IMG/VR virus record: IMGVR_UViG_3300034257_000053 | Coordinates: 5,486-69,485 of that record | DNA length: 64,000 bases | Source of the DNA: a virus | Strand: one strand, 5' to 3' | Part shown: in pieces, positions 15,881 through 24,909 of the stretch | How positions within the stretch are numbered: the stretch's first letter is position 1 | Layout: the number at the start of each line of letters is the position of its first letter | Translations under genes and position numbers: made by a program | The notes under the pieces: model-generated | Told to the model about the DNA's origin: nothing | Seen by the model: only the letters and a program-made list of their open reading frames with translations | Databases searched by the model: none

Positions 15881-17352
15881 ACGACATGACCCCGATCGCC
15901 ACCCCGGTGCAGCGCGTGGCGCCGCACAATACCGAGGCCGAGCAGGCGCTGCTCGGTGCGATCCTGATGAACAACGACGCGTTCTATCGGGTGTCGGACT
16001 ATCTCGAGCCGCAGCACTTTTACGAAGGGGTGCACCAGAAGATCTTCGAACTGGCGGGCGCGCTCATTCGCGCCGGCAAGCTGGCAAGCCCGCTCACCAT
16101 CAAGACGTTCCTGCCGGGCGATCTCGAGATCGGCGGCTTGAGCGCGCAGCAGTATCTCTCGCGGCTCGCGTCCGAAGCCTCGACGGTGATGAACGCTTCG
16201 GACTACGGCCGCGCGGTGTACGAGCTCGCCGGCCGCCGCTCCCTGATCGCCACGGCAGAGGACATGTTCGCCGCGGGCTACGACGCCCCGGCCGACGCCA
16301 CGCTCGGAGACCTGATCGAGGATGCCGAGCGCGCGCTCTATTCGATTGCCGAGCGGTCGCGCTACGAAGGCGGATTCCAGCGGTTCGCGACGGCGCTGAC
16401 CACCGCCGTCGACATGGCGGCGCGCGCCTATCAGCGCGACGGCAAGCTGTCGGGGCTCGCGACGGGGTTGCACGATCTCGATCGCATGATGGGCGGCTTG
16501 CAGAACTCCGACCTGGTTGTGCTCGGCGGCCGCCCCGGGATGGGCAAGACCGCGCTCGCCACCAACATCGCCTACAACGTCGCCAAGGCGTGGCGCGGCG
16601 AGATCCGGCCCGACGGGACGGTGGAGAGTGTCAACGGCGGCATCGTCGGGTTCTTCTCGCTGGAGATGTCGGCCGAGCAGCTCGCGACGCGCATCATCTC
16701 CGAACAGACCGAAATCCCCTCCTTCCGCATTCGCCGCGGCGAGATCGACCCGACCGACTTCGACCGCATCGCGCAGATCGCGCGCGAGATGGAGACGATG
16801 CCACTCTACATCGACGAGACGGGCGGGGTATCGATTGCCCAGCTCGTTGCGCGCGCGCGCCGCTTGAAGCGTCAGCGCGGACTCGACCTGATGGTGGTCG
16901 ACTACATCCAGTTGATGCGCGGGTCCGCGAAGCCAGGCCGCGACAACCGGGTGCAGGAGGTGACCGAGATCACCACGGCGCTCAAGGCGCTGGCGAAGGA
17001 ACTCAACATCCCGATCCTCGCGCTGTCGCAATTGAACCGCGCGCTGGAAAGCCGCGACGACAAGCGCCCGCAGCTTTCCGACCTGCGCGAGTCCGGCTCG
17101 ATCGAGCAGGACGCCGACGTCGTGATGTTCGTCTACCGCGAGGAGTATTACCTCAGGAATCAGGAGCCCCGCCCCGGCACCGAGGAGCACTTCAAGTGGA
17201 TCGCCGACATGGAGGGCGTGCACGGCAAGGGTGACGTGATCGTCAGCAAGCAGCGCCATGGCCCGACCGGCACGGTGAATCTTGCCTTCAAGGCCGACGT
17301 GACGCGCTGGGCCGATCTCGCCGACGGCGGCCGGCTGCCGGAGAGGAACTGA
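15877..17352 (+). CDS. dnaB: Replicative DNA helicase
   Basis: PHNTEAEQALLG, GRPGMGKT, FSLEMS, VDYIQL, LSQLNR, DLRESGSIEQDAD, KQRHGPTG. Confidence 0.97.
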   Translation: MNDMTPIATPVQRVAPHNTEAEQALLGAILMNNDAFYRVSDYLEPQHFYEGVHQKIFELAGALIRAGKLASPLTIKTFLPGDLEIGGLSAQQYLSRLASEASTVMNASDYGRAVYELAGRRSLIATAEDMFAAGYDAPADATLGDLIEDAERALYSIAERSRYEGGFQRFATALTTAVDMAARAYQRDGKLSGLATGLHDLDRMMGGLQNSDLVVLGGRPGMGKTALATNIAYNVAKAWRGEIRPDGTVESVNGGIVGFFSLEMSAEQLATRIISEQTEIPSFRIRRGEIDPTDFDRIAQIAREMETMPLYIDETGGVSIAQLVARARRLKRQRGLDLMVVDYIQLMRGSAKPGRDNRVQEVTEITTALKALAKELNIPILALSQLNRALESRDDKRPQLSDLRESGSIEQDADVVMFVYREEYYLRNQEPRPGTEEHFKWIADMEGVHGKGDVIVSKQRHGPTGTVNLAFKADVTRWADLADGGRLPERN

Positions 17353-17355
17353 GCC

Positions 17356-17766
17356 ATGCAGAAAATTGATCTGGTGAAGCTTGTCATCGGTAGGCTGGAG
17401 AGCGCGACCGGGCCCGATCGCGAGACCGATGCGTACATCCACTGCCTCAAGCACGGGTATCAATTCGTTCGGTACGAGCGATGGAATGAACATGCGGGGA
17501 GGCTCTACTACAAGATCCCGGGCATTACCTCCGAGTGGGCACTCGATGGTGCCGCTCGATTCACCGGCTCCTTCGACGCGGCGGTGACGCTGTTGCCGGA
17601 CGGATGGTTCTGGGAGGCGGCGCAAAATCCCGTCTTCGCGAAAGTCTGGAGGGAAGGAAACCGCGCGTATTGGATGCCGCGCCAGCCTGAGGAGAAGCGC
17701 CCGGCTACTCCGACATTGGCGATCTGTATCGGCGCCATTCAGGCCATCGAGGAGTCGGTCGCATGA
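17356..17766 (+). CDS. Phage hypothetical protein (ABA-sandwich-like)
   Basis: GPDRE.D, FTGSFDAA..L, ATP.LAIC. Confidence 0.55.
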   Translation: MQKIDLVKLVIGRLESATGPDRETDAYIHCLKHGYQFVRYERWNEHAGRLYYKIPGITSEWALDGAARFTGSFDAAVTLLPDGWFWEAAQNPVFAKVWREGNRAYWMPRQPEEKRPATPTLAICIGAIQAIEESVA

Positions 17767-18362
17767 CAGCGATCGCGCGCAGCAGCGACTTCGCGCTCAC
17801 GCCTCCGCCGGAGCCGAAGGGTCCTCGGCCGCGCATCATCGGGTCCGATGCGCTGTTCGAGAACGGCATGCGCTTCTGCCTCACCCGCACGCTCGGGCCC
17901 GGCAAGGCGGTCGCGTTCTGCGGCTGCAACCCGAGCGTTGCCGGCCATGTCAAGAACGATCCGACGATCCTGCGCGAGGCGGTGTTCACACGATCGTGGG
18001 GCTACGGCCGGTTTTACAAGGTGAACGTCTATCCGTTTCCCGCCGCCAAGATGAAAGACCTTCACGCCTGGCTGCGCGGCGATCGGGAAGCGGTCGAGCG
18101 CGCGTGGAAGCGCAACATCGAGCTCGTCTCGTACATGCTGATCGGTGCGGACTTCTTCGTCGCATGCTGGGGCAACCTGGTCGAGCCGGAAGTCGCGGCA
18201 CGCTTCATCGCTGATCTCGATGCGCGGATGGCGCGACCGATCCAATGGCATTGCATCGGCACCACGAACTCCGGCGCGCCGACGCACCCGATGGCGCGCG
18301 GCCGGCATCGCGTGCCGGACGACGTCAAACCGGTGCGCTGGCCGGTTGTGGCGGAGGATTGA
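17763..18362 (+). CDS. DUF1643 family protein
   Basis: NPS.A...NDPT, VN.YP, ACWG, G.T.SG.P.HP. Confidence 0.8.
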   Translation: MTAIARSSDFALTPPPEPKGPRPRIIGSDALFENGMRFCLTRTLGPGKAVAFCGCNPSVAGHVKNDPTILREAVFTRSWGYGRFYKVNVYPFPAAKMKDLHAWLRGDREAVERAWKRNIELVSYMLIGADFFVACWGNLVEPEVAARFIADLDARMARPIQWHCIGTTNSGAPTHPMARGRHRVPDDVKPVRWPVVAED

Positions 18363-18363
18363 G

Positions 18364-18555
18364 ATGGCGGACCCGATGACGCGGCGCTGGGCTTGCTTGA
18401 ACTGCGGATGGAAGGGCGCGCTCGGCGAGATGTTCGCGGGTGCGACGTGGAACGACCCGCCGCAATGTCCGAAGTGCAGGAGCGGCAACACGTCAACAGC
18501 CGAGGGTGTGCACGACGTGCCGGCGTATCGCGGCGAAATTGGCACGCGAAACTAG
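18364..18555 (+). CDS. Small zinc-ribbon protein
   Basis: CLNC...CPKC; GGAGG RBS. Confidence 0.65.
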   Translation: MADPMTRRWACLNCGWKGALGEMFAGATWNDPPQCPKCRSGNTSTAEGVHDVPAYRGEIGTRN

Positions 18556-18564
18556 GAGAGCGCG

Positions 18565-18813
18565 ATGGCCGTTGACCTCCTTCAATCCTGCGGAGTGACC
18601 GTGGCCGATGCCGATGCTGCGATGGGACACCTGCGCGATCGGCTGCGCGATCACGGCAAGCTCACCGGCTGCACCAGCTACGTGCAGCGCCGGATGGGCA
18701 TCGGCTACAACCACGCGGCCCGCATCCTCGGCTATCTCGAGCTCACGCGCCGCATCAGCGAGCCGGACCAAAACGCCGCGCGCCACTTTCGCGACGATGC
18801 GGGAGAGCCATGA
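18565..18813 (+). CDS. Stand-alone FtsK gamma-domain protein
   Basis: TSYVQRRMGIGYNHAARILGYLE matches the S.LQR.LRIGYNRAAR...LE signature. Confidence 0.8.
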   Translation: MAVDLLQSCGVTVADADAAMGHLRDRLRDHGKLTGCTSYVQRRMGIGYNHAARILGYLELTRRISEPDQNAARHFRDDAGEP

Positions 18814-18995
18814 TGTATGTCCTGCCGCCTTCGCAAAAGTGGTCCATCGGGACGAGACAGTTTTTCAAGTTCATGCGCGACAACGGCTGGGCCGGCGACT
18901 TCATGATGTTCGGCCGCGTGTTCCGGATCGTCGGCATGCCGCACCCGTGGCAAGCCGACCTATGGGGTCACAACGATAACGGAGCGGCGGCATGA
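18810..18995 (+). CDS. Hypothetical protein
   Basis: ATGA overlaps. Confidence 0.55.
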   Translation: MMYVLPPSQKWSIGTRQFFKFMRDNGWAGDFMMFGRVFRIVGMPHPWQADLWGHNDNGAAA

Positions 18996-19276
18996 GCGCG
19001 CGGCAATGGCGGCCGGTGCTCACGCCTGCGCGGGGCCGGTGGCTGCGTACGCTGGCGCGCGAGGGCGTGGCGAAACGCGGCCGCGGCCGCACCGGCTTTG
19101 AGTGCATGCAGCTCCGCTGGACCACCTGGCTCTACCGCCTGCCCAGCGGCAGCGTGGTGACGTACGCCGAGATCGACCAGTTGAAGAAAGAGACGCCCGA
19201 GATCTGGACCGACGCGGTGAACATCGGCGAGGTGCTGACCGAGGAAGGCCGGCGCGTGCTGCGAGGTGGCTCATGA
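18992..19276 (+). CDS. Hypothetical protein
   Basis: ATGA overlaps. Confidence 0.6.
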   Translation: MSARQWRPVLTPARGRWLRTLAREGVAKRGRGRTGFECMQLRWTTWLYRLPSGSVVTYAEIDQLKKETPEIWTDAVNIGEVLTEEGRRVLRGGS

Positions 19277-19608
19277 GCCGGGAACCCGAGCGCGGCCGTC
19301 TCCACGCCCAAGAGATCGCGGATGCGATCGATCAGGCGCTCGCTGCTGGCGATGCGGTGTTCGAACAGGAGTGCGGCGACAGCTATTTGACTTTGAAGTG
19401 GCGCGGCTGGTCGATCGTGTTCTTTCTCGACGCGGGCGACTGCGACTACGTCGAGAAGGCAAGCGATCCCAACCTGCGCGTCGCGGAATCGGACGTCGAC
19501 TGGTTCAACGGAGAGGACCCGCCGCGGCCCGAGCCGCTCGACCTGCGCGACACGCATTCGAGCGACATCGTGATCGCGGCCGAGAAATATCTCGGGAGGC
19601 CGCTGTGA
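19273..19608 (+). CDS. Hypothetical acidic protein
   Basis: GAGG RBS; ATGA overlap. Confidence 0.6.
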   Translation: MSREPERGRLHAQEIADAIDQALAAGDAVFEQECGDSYLTLKWRGWSIVFFLDAGDCDYVEKASDPNLRVAESDVDWFNGEDPPRPEPLDLRDTHSSDIVIAAEKYLGRPL

Positions 19609-19925
19609 ACGTCATCGCGCGCGGGTTCATCGGTACGCGTATTTCGGTGGTGGTGCGCAGTCGGCGACGCCCGGTGGCGCGGCGGAGCCAGCGCCTTGCG
19701 GCGATATTCAGGATGATGACCGAACAGCGCGTTCGCGTGGTGCGTGCGCTCGCCGGCCAGGCCGAAGGATTGTCGGCGGCGCAGATCGGCGACCTGTGCA
19801 AGATCGCGAGCCACGAGCTCGATCCGCTGCTGGTGCGGCTGACCGCGCGCGGAAAGATCGTTGCGGTATGGGACCATGCGCGCATCGCGCGCCGCCGGCT
19901 GTACCGGTCCTGCACCAAGACTTGA
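19605..19925 (+). CDS. Winged-helix protein
   Basis: GLSAAQIGDLC...LLVRL..RGKI; GTGA overlap. Confidence 0.55.
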   Translation: MNVIARGFIGTRISVVVRSRRRPVARRSQRLAAIFRMMTEQRVRVVRALAGQAEGLSAAQIGDLCKIASHELDPLLVRLTARGKIVAVWDHARIARRRLYRSCTKT

Positions 19926-20045
19926 TGGGGAAATAAGCAGATGCAGCACGATCAACACGTCAAACGCTACATCCGTTATTGCCTTGTGATGGCGACGATG
20001 GGTCATCCGCTGTGGGGATGGCTGCCAGCCGCGTAGGATACTGCA

Positions 20046-20261
20046 GTGAAGCAACCGTGGCTTTCATGCGCTGACTGCGATCTGCCGTATTCTGACGATG
20101 GCTTTGCCGACTTCGTTGTGTCGGACGACGTTTGGAAGCGGATCACGGCCGACGATGGCGCGAACATCCTCTGCGCCAATTGCATGATCCGGCGGGCGGT
20201 ACGCGTGGGCATCGAAACTGCGAGCGGAAAATTCACGTCCGGACCTTTTGCGGTCCCGTGA
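20046..20261 (+). CDS. Small Cys-rich protein
   Basis: CADC...DFVVSDDVW...LCANC. Confidence 0.55.
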   Translation: MKQPWLSCADCDLPYSDDGFADFVVSDDVWKRITADDGANILCANCMIRRAVRVGIETASGKFTSGPFAVP

Positions 20262-20274
20262 TGCGGGGAGCACA

Positions 20275-20604
20275 GTGACGCCGCCGGTCCTGTTCAATCG
20301 CTTCATGACGCTCGCCCGGCTGACGCGCGGCGATCGCATCATCTGGCAGCATCGCGGTGATGAGTGCACGCCGGAGGCGGTGTGGTGGGATCAGCCGCCG
20401 CAGATGGGCCGCCCGGTGCTCTGGCTCTCGACGGTGAAGTTGTTTCAGCGGCGCGCGCTGATCATCAAGACGGACCTGCGGCCGGCAACCGCGAACATCC
20501 GCCGGGACTGGACACACGCCAGTCTCTATGTGGCGACGCCTGCCGCCACCGATGCCTGGCTTGCCATGGACACGCCGGCGGGCGTGCCGAAGGGCGCACG
20601 ATAA
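20275..20604 (+). CDS. Hypothetical protein, last gene of rightward block
   Basis: GGGGAG RBS before GTG; converges on the leftward operon. Confidence 0.5.
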   Translation: MTPPVLFNRFMTLARLTRGDRIIWQHRGDECTPEAVWWDQPPQMGRPVLWLSTVKLFQRRALIIKTDLRPATANIRRDWTHASLYVATPAATDAWLAMDTPAGVPKGAR

Positions 20605-20605
20605 C

Positions 20606-20809
20606 TCAGGTCTGCTTGTTGCAGGTGTGAACGATGCCGGTGCAGCCGCACGATGGCGGTGCGGGCTCGATCCCCGGGCCGACAATCATCTTGGTGAGGG
20701 TCTGCTCGGCCAGCTTGTCGAGCTTTCGCGCGATGTGCCGCCGGGTCGTCGCCCGAAGGCGGCCCGGCAGGTCGAGATCGGCGACGATGTGGCGTCGGGT
20801 GATCTGCAT
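20606..20809 (-). CDS. Hypothetical protein
   Basis: TGATG overlap; AAGGAG RBS. Confidence 0.5.
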   Translation of the reverse strand: MQITRRHIVADLDLPGRLRATTRRHIARKLDKLAEQTLTKMIVGPGIEPAPPSCGCTGIVHTCNKQT

Positions 20810-21141
20810 CAGGAGCGCTCCTTGCCGCGTGCTTTCAGGCACCGACTCACGTCCTCGCCGGCAAGGCGTAGCATCGTGCGGGCGCGTTCGTCGAGCCGCG
20901 CAGTCAGGTCCGCGGTGAACGGTGGTAGCCCGGCGAGCGCGGCGGTGAGGCCGAGCAGCTCCAGATGCGACAGCTTGCGGGAGCCGCGGTTCATCGCGCC
21001 GGCCACCTGGTTGCCGAGCCCGACCGACGCACCCGCCTCGGCGACCTGCTTGCCGTTGAAGCCCATGGCGTCGCGCCACGCCGCGAACGGTGTCGCCGGA
21101 ATATTTTCGGGAATTTTTGTCGCGCGTTTCGGCTTAGCCAT
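20809..21141 (-). CDS. HTH-like regulator
   Basis: FAAWRDAMGF.GKQV.EAG..VGL resembles XRE-type HTH proteins. Confidence 0.55.
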   Translation of the reverse strand: MAKPKRATKIPENIPATPFAAWRDAMGFNGKQVAEAGASVGLGNQVAGAMNRGSRKLSHLELLGLTAALAGLPPFTADLTARLDERARTMLRLAGEDVSRCLKARGKERS

Positions 21142-21487
21142 CGTTGCACCTGCAATAGTACGGGCTGCGCTGGCAGTTCGGGCAGACCTTGAAGAACGGC
21201 CGGTTGATAGGTCGTGAATAGCCCACGCAGTGCGCCGACTCGGTGAACTCTTGCTGGGGCACGCCGTCGGTGAAGCCGACAACACCCCATTTGGTCGTTA
21301 CGAGATACGTGTCCTGCCAGTCAACGCGTTCGCCGTGTCGATGGAATTTGAGGTCGGCGAGTTCGATGCCTGGCCCCACGCCCGGCAGTCCTCGCACGTG
21401 CGTGAGCAGATCGGGCCAACTCGCGAACTCCTGCATGGTGGTTAGCGCTTCGGCAAGGCTGCCGCGTTGCTCGCGAAACTTGATCAT
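21134..21487 (-). CDS. Hypothetical protein
   Basis: KFREQRGSLAEAL..M, W.DTYLVT..VVGFTDG; GGAGG RBS. Confidence 0.6.
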   Translation of the reverse strand: MIKFREQRGSLAEALTTMQEFASWPDLLTHVRGLPGVGPGIELADLKFHRHGERVDWQDTYLVTTKWGVVGFTDGVPQQEFTESAHCVGYSRPINRPFFKVCPNCQRSPYYCRCNDG

Positions 21488-21909
21488 GCCGCTGCCCTCC
21501 CTGCACAGTCGGCGCGGTGGCCCGTGGCGGGGTCGATGCCGCGCTCGCGCTGGCTTTCCCACCATTCGGGAGCGAAGGCGCCGAACATCGGTTTCCAGCC
21601 CGCTACTCTTGCACCACACGATGGGCATTCGCCACGGGTCGCCGCCTCCAACCGACGCACCGGCTCGGCCATCTCTCGCCCCTGCGGCGAAGGCTCGGCA
21701 TCGTAGCGCCGCCAGTGAACGCGCACGCCTTTGTGGCCGGAGCGGGTGACCTCCTCGAACCAATCGACGACCACCGGGAAATTCAGCGTGCGCCCGACAT
21801 GTTCGCGCGAATTCTCGACTGACATTGAGAACGCGCCCCGCGACTGTTCGCAGTCGATCTCGAAGATCTCGGTCATGATGTCGGTGGCGGGATCAGGTAG
21901 GGCGCTCAT
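21484..21909 (-). CDS. Hypothetical protein with CxxC
   Basis: GGAGG RBS; ATGA overlaps; CPSC. Confidence 0.6.
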   Translation of the reverse strand: MSALPDPATDIMTEIFEIDCEQSRGAFSMSVENSREHVGRTLNFPVVVDWFEEVTRSGHKGVRVHWRRYDAEPSPQGREMAEPVRRLEAATRGECPSCGARVAGWKPMFGAFAPEWWESQRERGIDPATGHRADCAGRAAA

Positions 21910-23300
21910 GCTGCCCTCCCGATCAGCGACCACAGCCACGCGATCGGCTTCGGCCTGGCCGGTGGCGTGCCTGGCGTTGGGGGCTTCGGCGCTGCCGGCG
22001 GCCGCGGCAGGTCGCCCCGCTCGGTGAGCCGCTCGACGAACGCGTCGAACTGCGCCTCGCGGCTCGTCTCGCGCCCGTAGCGCGTGCGCAGCGGGCAGGC
22101 CCGCATCAGCGCGTCACGTTCGAAATCCGAGACCGGACCGATCTGCGCGGCGGGCGGTGCCACCATCACGCGCTCGACCGGTGTCGGCGTGCCGTCGAGG
22201 GCGAGGAACGAGACCAGCGCCTCGCCGGTGCCGAGCGCGGTGACGGCCTCGGTGACCTTGAACGCCGGGTTGGGGCGGAAGCCGTCCTCGATCGCCTTCA
22301 AGGTGCGGCGGTCCTTCGGGGTGAACACGCGCAGCGCATGCTGCACGCGATTGCCGAGCTGGGCGGCGACGTTGTCCGGCACGTCGCGCGGCGACTGCGT
22401 CACGAAATAGACCCCGACGCCCTTCGAGCGGATCAGGCGCACGACTCGCTCGATGGTTTCCAGAAGGCGCGGTGAGGCCTCGGCGAACAACAGGTGCGCC
22501 TCGTCGAAGAAGAACACGAGCTTGGGCTTGTCGAGATCGCCCGCCTCGGGTAGCACATTGAACAGCGAGGAGAGCAGCCACAGCAGGAAGGTGCCGTAGA
22601 GCCGCGGCGTATCCATCAGCCGATCGGCGTGCAGCAAGTTGATGATGCCGCGGCCGTCCTCGTCGGTGCGCAGGAAATCATTGATGTCGAGCGCGGGCTC
22701 GCCGAACAGGTTGTGCCCGCCCTGCGCCTCCAGCACCAGGATGGCGCGCTGGATCGTGCCGATCGACGTGCTGGAGATGTTGCCGTAGGACGCGCGGATA
22801 TCGTCGGCGAAGTCCGGCATCAGCGAGAGCCTGGCGCGCAGGTCGTGCAGGTCGCACATCGGCACGTTCTCGCCCCACGGCGACCATCTAAACGCGATGT
22901 TGAGCACGCCTTCCTGCGTTTCGTTGAGCTTGAGCATGCGCGCGAGCAGCAGCGGCCCCATTTCGTGCACGCTGGTGCGGATCGGCAGGCCCGCATCGCC
23001 CCACAGGTCCCAGAACACGACGGGGAATTTCTCTGGCGTGCGTGCGAGCCCGAGCGCGGCCGCACGGTCAGCGGCTTTGCCATCGAATGCGCCGGCGGCG
23101 GCAAGGCCGGAGAGGTCGCCCTTGATGTCGGAGGCGAACACCGGCACGCCGGCGCGGGAGAACTCCTCGGCCAGGCGCTGCAAGGTGACGGTCTTGCCGG
23201 TGCCGGTCGCGCCGGTGACGAGACCGTGGCGGTTGGCGAGCCGCAAGGGCAGCGCGATCGCGGTGCCGGCGGCGGTGAGCCCGAGGGTGATGGCGGTCAT
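21906..23300 (-). CDS. DUF853/YjgR-family HerA-like ATPase
   Basis: ANRHGLVTGATGTGKTVTLQ, DIKGDLSG, FFFDEAHLLF, RLIRSKGVGVYFVTQ.P.D.P, QLGNRVQHALR. Confidence 0.93.
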   Translation of the reverse strand: MTAITLGLTAAGTAIALPLRLANRHGLVTGATGTGKTVTLQRLAEEFSRAGVPVFASDIKGDLSGLAAAGAFDGKAADRAAALGLARTPEKFPVVFWDLWGDAGLPIRTSVHEMGPLLLARMLKLNETQEGVLNIAFRWSPWGENVPMCDLHDLRARLSLMPDFADDIRASYGNISSTSIGTIQRAILVLEAQGGHNLFGEPALDINDFLRTDEDGRGIINLLHADRLMDTPRLYGTFLLWLLSSLFNVLPEAGDLDKPKLVFFFDEAHLLFAEASPRLLETIERVVRLIRSKGVGVYFVTQSPRDVPDNVAAQLGNRVQHALRVFTPKDRRTLKAIEDGFRPNPAFKVTEAVTALGTGEALVSFLALDGTPTPVERVMVAPPAAQIGPVSDFERDALMRACPLRTRYGRETSREAQFDAFVERLTERGDLPRPPAAPKPPTPGTPPARPKPIAWLWSLIGRAA

Positions 23301-23497
23301 GATCCGCTCCGTTTCTGTGCCGAGCTGGGAACGGCATCATGAATGCGAGAGATCGTGCCATCGAGCGAGGATAAAGCCTCATTCGCCGACGCAAGTTCGC
23401 TGTCCATGTCCGCTGTGATGGTCACGCCAGCCGACGTGAGTGCCAGTCGGATGTAGTGATCGTAGATGCTCGCCGCTTTTGTGAAGTTGATCGCCAT
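23297..23497 (-). CDS. Small hypothetical protein
   Basis: AGGAGG RBS plus leader hairpin; ATGA overlap with the ATPase gene. Confidence 0.7.
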   Translation of the reverse strand: MAINFTKAASIYDHYIRLALTSAGVTITADMDSELASANEALSSLDGTISRIHDAVPSSAQKRSGS

Positions 23498-23514
23498 GGT
23501 CGTCCTCCTGTTCT

Positions 23515-23532
23515 GCCCGCAGGATCGCGGGC
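23515..23532 (-). repeat. Leader hairpin A copy (GCCCGC-GATCCT-GCGGGC)
   Basis: Identical to the copies at 26261, 26918 and 27259; just 5' of the RBS. Confidence 0.9.
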
Positions 23533-23544
23533 GGCGGTGAAATC

Positions 23545-24138
23545 TCAGTTCTCGTCCCTGCGGCCCGGCATCGGCATGCCGGGGCGCGACTTGATGATCG
23601 GGCGGTAGTCGGCGGCCCAGGCGAGGCGGGTCGCATCGTCGTCGGGCAGGTTCTTGCCGGCGCGAAACTCCTCGTAGGGCGTCGGCACCAGCTCCATCAC
23701 CTCCGGGCGGTGGCCCGAGGCCATCCACGCATCGAGCAGCCGCGCGGTGAACAGCAGGTGCGCGGAATTGAACTGCATCCACGCGTGCCAGTCCGGCGCA
23801 TAGTCGCGGAACGCGCCGTCGTTCGGGAACGTGATCAGGAATGCGGGCGGCGCGCCCTGCAAAGAGGCGTCGATCTCCCGGTTGACGCGCACGAGCAGGC
23901 CTTCCAGCAGGTCGACGTGCCCCTGGAAGGTGAACCACGTGCGGCTGCGCTCGATCTTGCGCACGTCGTCGGCCGAGAGGCCGCCGAGCAGCCCGCCCAA
24001 CTCCTCGCGCGTGTAGCCGAGCAGGTTGCGCATCGCGCGCAGGTCGGCAGGCGTCGGCATCGGTCGGGCTCCGGTGGCGGCCGGACTATCGACGAGGCGG
24101 CGCGCGGCGGCAAGGCTGGTTGCGAGGGCCCGGGTCAT
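23545..24138 (-). CDS. XRE-HTH protein, Aca2/YdiL (DUF1870)-like; alternative start at 24060
   Basis: DLRAMRNLLGYTREELG...DVRKIE HTH followed by LITFPNDGAFRDYAPD, resembling the recalled YdiL C-terminal part. Confidence 0.6.
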   Translation of the reverse strand: MTRALATSLAAARRLVDSPAATGARPMPTPADLRAMRNLLGYTREELGGLLGGLSADDVRKIERSRTWFTFQGHVDLLEGLLVRVNREIDASLQGAPPAFLITFPNDGAFRDYAPDWHAWMQFNSAHLLFTARLLDAWMASGHRPEVMELVPTPYEEFRAGKNLPDDDATRLAWAADYRPIIKSRPGMPMPGRRDEN

Positions 24139-24323
24139 GACGCTGCGTCCCGCAAGCATTGCCGCTCGAACCGCAGTTCGGCGTCGCAGTCGCGCCAGCC
24201 TTGGCGCTCCTGCGGCGACCGGCAGGACTTCCTCGCGCCGCCGTCATAGCGCCGCCAGTAGCCACGATCGTAGGGGTGACGCTCGATCACGATGCCTCGG
24301 CGGGCGGTGCGGGTGCGGGTCAT
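24135..24323 (-). CDS. Small Rmf-like protein
   Basis: YDRGY...G..KSC....RQGW. Confidence 0.4.
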   Translation of the reverse strand: MTRTRTARRGIVIERHPYDRGYWRRYDGGARKSCRSPQERQGWRDCDAELRFERQCLRDAAS

Positions 24324-24613
24324 GACTCGGGCTCCGCTTTCTTGCGCGAGGCCGATGCGCTCGCCTTCTCGATGGCGATCTGCGCCTGGCAGTGCGCGAT
24401 GTTGAACTCCAGCAGCGCGATCATGATGGGCACGTTGATCGTCTGGCCCTGCGCCAGGCCGAACTCGGCCATCGCTGCGGCGGTGACGGAAACGCGCTGA
24501 CCATCGAGCATGACGAAGGCAATGCGCCCCTCGTCCATGCCGCGCTCGCACTCGATAAGCGCGCGGATTTCGTCCTCGGTGAATCGTCGAGGGGGGGGGG
24601 CGTCGGTTGTCAT
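24320..24613 (-). CDS. Hypothetical protein
   Basis: GGAG RBS; ATGA overlaps. Confidence 0.6.
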   Translation of the reverse strand: MTTDAPPPRRFTEDEIRALIECERGMDEGRIAFVMLDGQRVSVTAAAMAEFGLAQGQTINVPIMIALLEFNIAHCQAQIAIEKASASASRKKAEPES

Positions 24614-24909
24614 CGCTTTGCTCCCCGGTAGTAATCCTCGGGGACCGCGCGCTGTACCAGCAACGCCGCGCGGAACCATTCGGTGCCGAGCCGCTCGACC
24701 GCTTCGAGCATGGTGTAGCCGTTGCCCTGCTGGAACAGGTCAGGACGGTCGAGCACGAGCGCGACGGCAAGGCTTTCGCCGGTGGAGAACACACCGATGC
24801 GCCTTTCGTCGGCACGTACAGCATCGACCAGTTTGAGGATGCGCTCGGCGGCGTCGGTGACCGGATCGACGGGGTTGGCTGGCGGTTGTTTTGGCTGGCG
24901 GATCGTCAT
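24610..24909 (-). CDS. Hypothetical protein
   Basis: STGE.LAVALVLDR.D......YTM.EA..RLG..W; AGGAGG RBS. Confidence 0.7.
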   Translation of the reverse strand: MTIRQPKQPPANPVDPVTDAAERILKLVDAVRADERRIGVFSTGESLAVALVLDRPDLFQQGNGYTMLEAVERLGTEWFRAALLVQRAVPEDYYRGAKR

